This document shows positions 20,949-21,637 of a DNA stretch of 21,637 bases, piece after piece. The position numbers were made by a program, and so were the translations under genes. This DNA is from Pyrobaculum sp. (GTDB lineage Archaea > Thermoproteota > Thermoprotei > Thermoproteales > Thermoproteaceae). The notes under the pieces were generated by a model. The model did not search any database, was not told the origin of the DNA, and saw only the letters and a program-made list of their open reading frames with translations. The stretch covers positions 1 to 21,637 of the forward strand of contig JBKBOT010000025.1 of the NCBI GenBank assembly GCA_046293555.1. The letters run 5' to 3'. Within the stretch, counting starts at the first letter, position 1. Each line of letters begins with the position of its first letter.

Positions 20949-21637
20949 ATGTCTGAGTTTAAGTGTAAGGCCGTCTTTGAGAAGTATGGGCCGCACAAGT
21001 CGGAACACGCCAGGCTGTATGGCGACAACTACGAGCTGTTGGAACAGCTGTTGAGACTTGTTGAGATCAAGGACAAGCTATATGGCACAGACTCATGTGA
21101 TTGGCTTGACAAAAGGCTACAAGAGGCAACCTATCGTTTCCACGACGTAGACGGAACCCCAATATACAACTTCTACAGCGGTGCCAGGACGGCGGCGCTT
21201 GTGGTTGAGCTGCTGAGGGACATAAGGGCCAAGCTGAAGGATCCCTCTGTGGTGAACGACTACTTCAGGAGTTTTATAAACACATCGCTTATGAGAACCA
21301 TAAATCCGTTAAATCAAGAGTATATCGATGAGTTACTGGGCGAGGCCGTTGGAAGAAATCAATTCATACCAAAGGTTTGGGCAGACAGCTTGAAAAAATT
21401 AATTCCGAATCTCGAGGCGGCGTTGAACCAACAGGTCGATGATGGAGAGGGAAAGAGGGACACGTGGTCCAAGGGGGTTGTTGGCTTCAACGTAGGGCTC
21501 GGGGTGGCAACTCTTGAAGATGGCACAAGGATTCCGGTGAGGGCGTGTGGAGGATACACAGTTACAGTCTACTCTAGTAGATATTCGCTTTATGGCTGTG
21601 AGCTCTCCGATGGAAGATACGTCTTTTCGACGCACTA
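20949..21637 (+). CDS. Hypothetical protein (at least 229 aa; reaches the window edge)
   Basis: Not in the ORF track. Hand translation MSEFKCKAVFEKYGPHK...ELSDGRYVFSTH is open to the edge (last bases TA, possibly a stop). Confidence 0.8.
   Translation, partial: MSEFKCKAVFEKYGPHKSEHARLYGDNYELLEQLLRLVEIKDKLYGTDSCDWLDKRLQEATYRFHDVDGTPIYNFYSGARTAALVVELLRDIRAKLKDPSVVNDYFRSFINTSLMRTINPLNQEYIDELLGEAVGRNQFIPKVWADSLKKLIPNLEAALNQQVDDGEGKRDTWSKGVVGFNVGLGVATLEDGTRIPVRACGGYTVTVYSSRYSLYGCELSDGRYVFSTH

Larger units (their letters stand above)
1..21637. mobile_element. Interior of a large crenarchaeal mobile element (provirus, virus or plasmid); ends not in window
   Basis: No core housekeeping genes. Contains a tyrosine recombinase, orphan antitoxin, PaREP1, expanded paralogue families, vWA coiled-coil proteins and a private promoter motif. 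No tRNA/att boundary or capsid gene was recognised. Confidence 0.6.

Noticed and set aside
74-21635. Many 60-180 aa antisense or overlapping ORFs in the track (e.g. 3389..3904, 12035..12499, 16558..17094, 21399..21635)
   Set aside because: They lie opposite or within better-supported genes, have shadow-like composition and lack promoters.

Overview
About 50% GC archaeal DNA. AGG/ATA codon bias, leaderless TATA-proximal starts and a PaREP1 gene suggest a Thermoproteales (Pyrobaculum-like) host; this is an inference. The window has no core housekeeping or RNA genes and reads as part of a large mobile element (provirus, virus or plasmid). Recognisable products: a catalytic-domain-only tyrosine recombinase with a 12-6-12 dif-like site upstream, an orphan RHH antitoxin, two paralogous coiled-coil/vWA proteins, a diverged PCNA-like protein, a MYG1/DHH nuclease, a degenerate ABC-type ATPase, PaREP1/HEPN and two Zn-ribbon proteins. 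The dominant unexplained structure is a 13-bp promoter, TGAYGTATWTAWA, found 13 times. In 12 copies an ATG/GTG lies exactly 32 nt after its first T. Eleven of those 12 genes, from four unrelated protein families, begin with the same kind of Arg/Lys-rich N-terminal tag (M-S/A/T/P-x-R/K-rich). They include most of an eight-member family of ~250-aa helical paralogues that shows mosaic exchange. The motif's TGA is also the stop codon of the preceding gene at four junctions, giving a cassette-like layout. Several starts in the supplied ORF track are corrected here, and two edge ORFs (1..865 and 20949..21637) are added.
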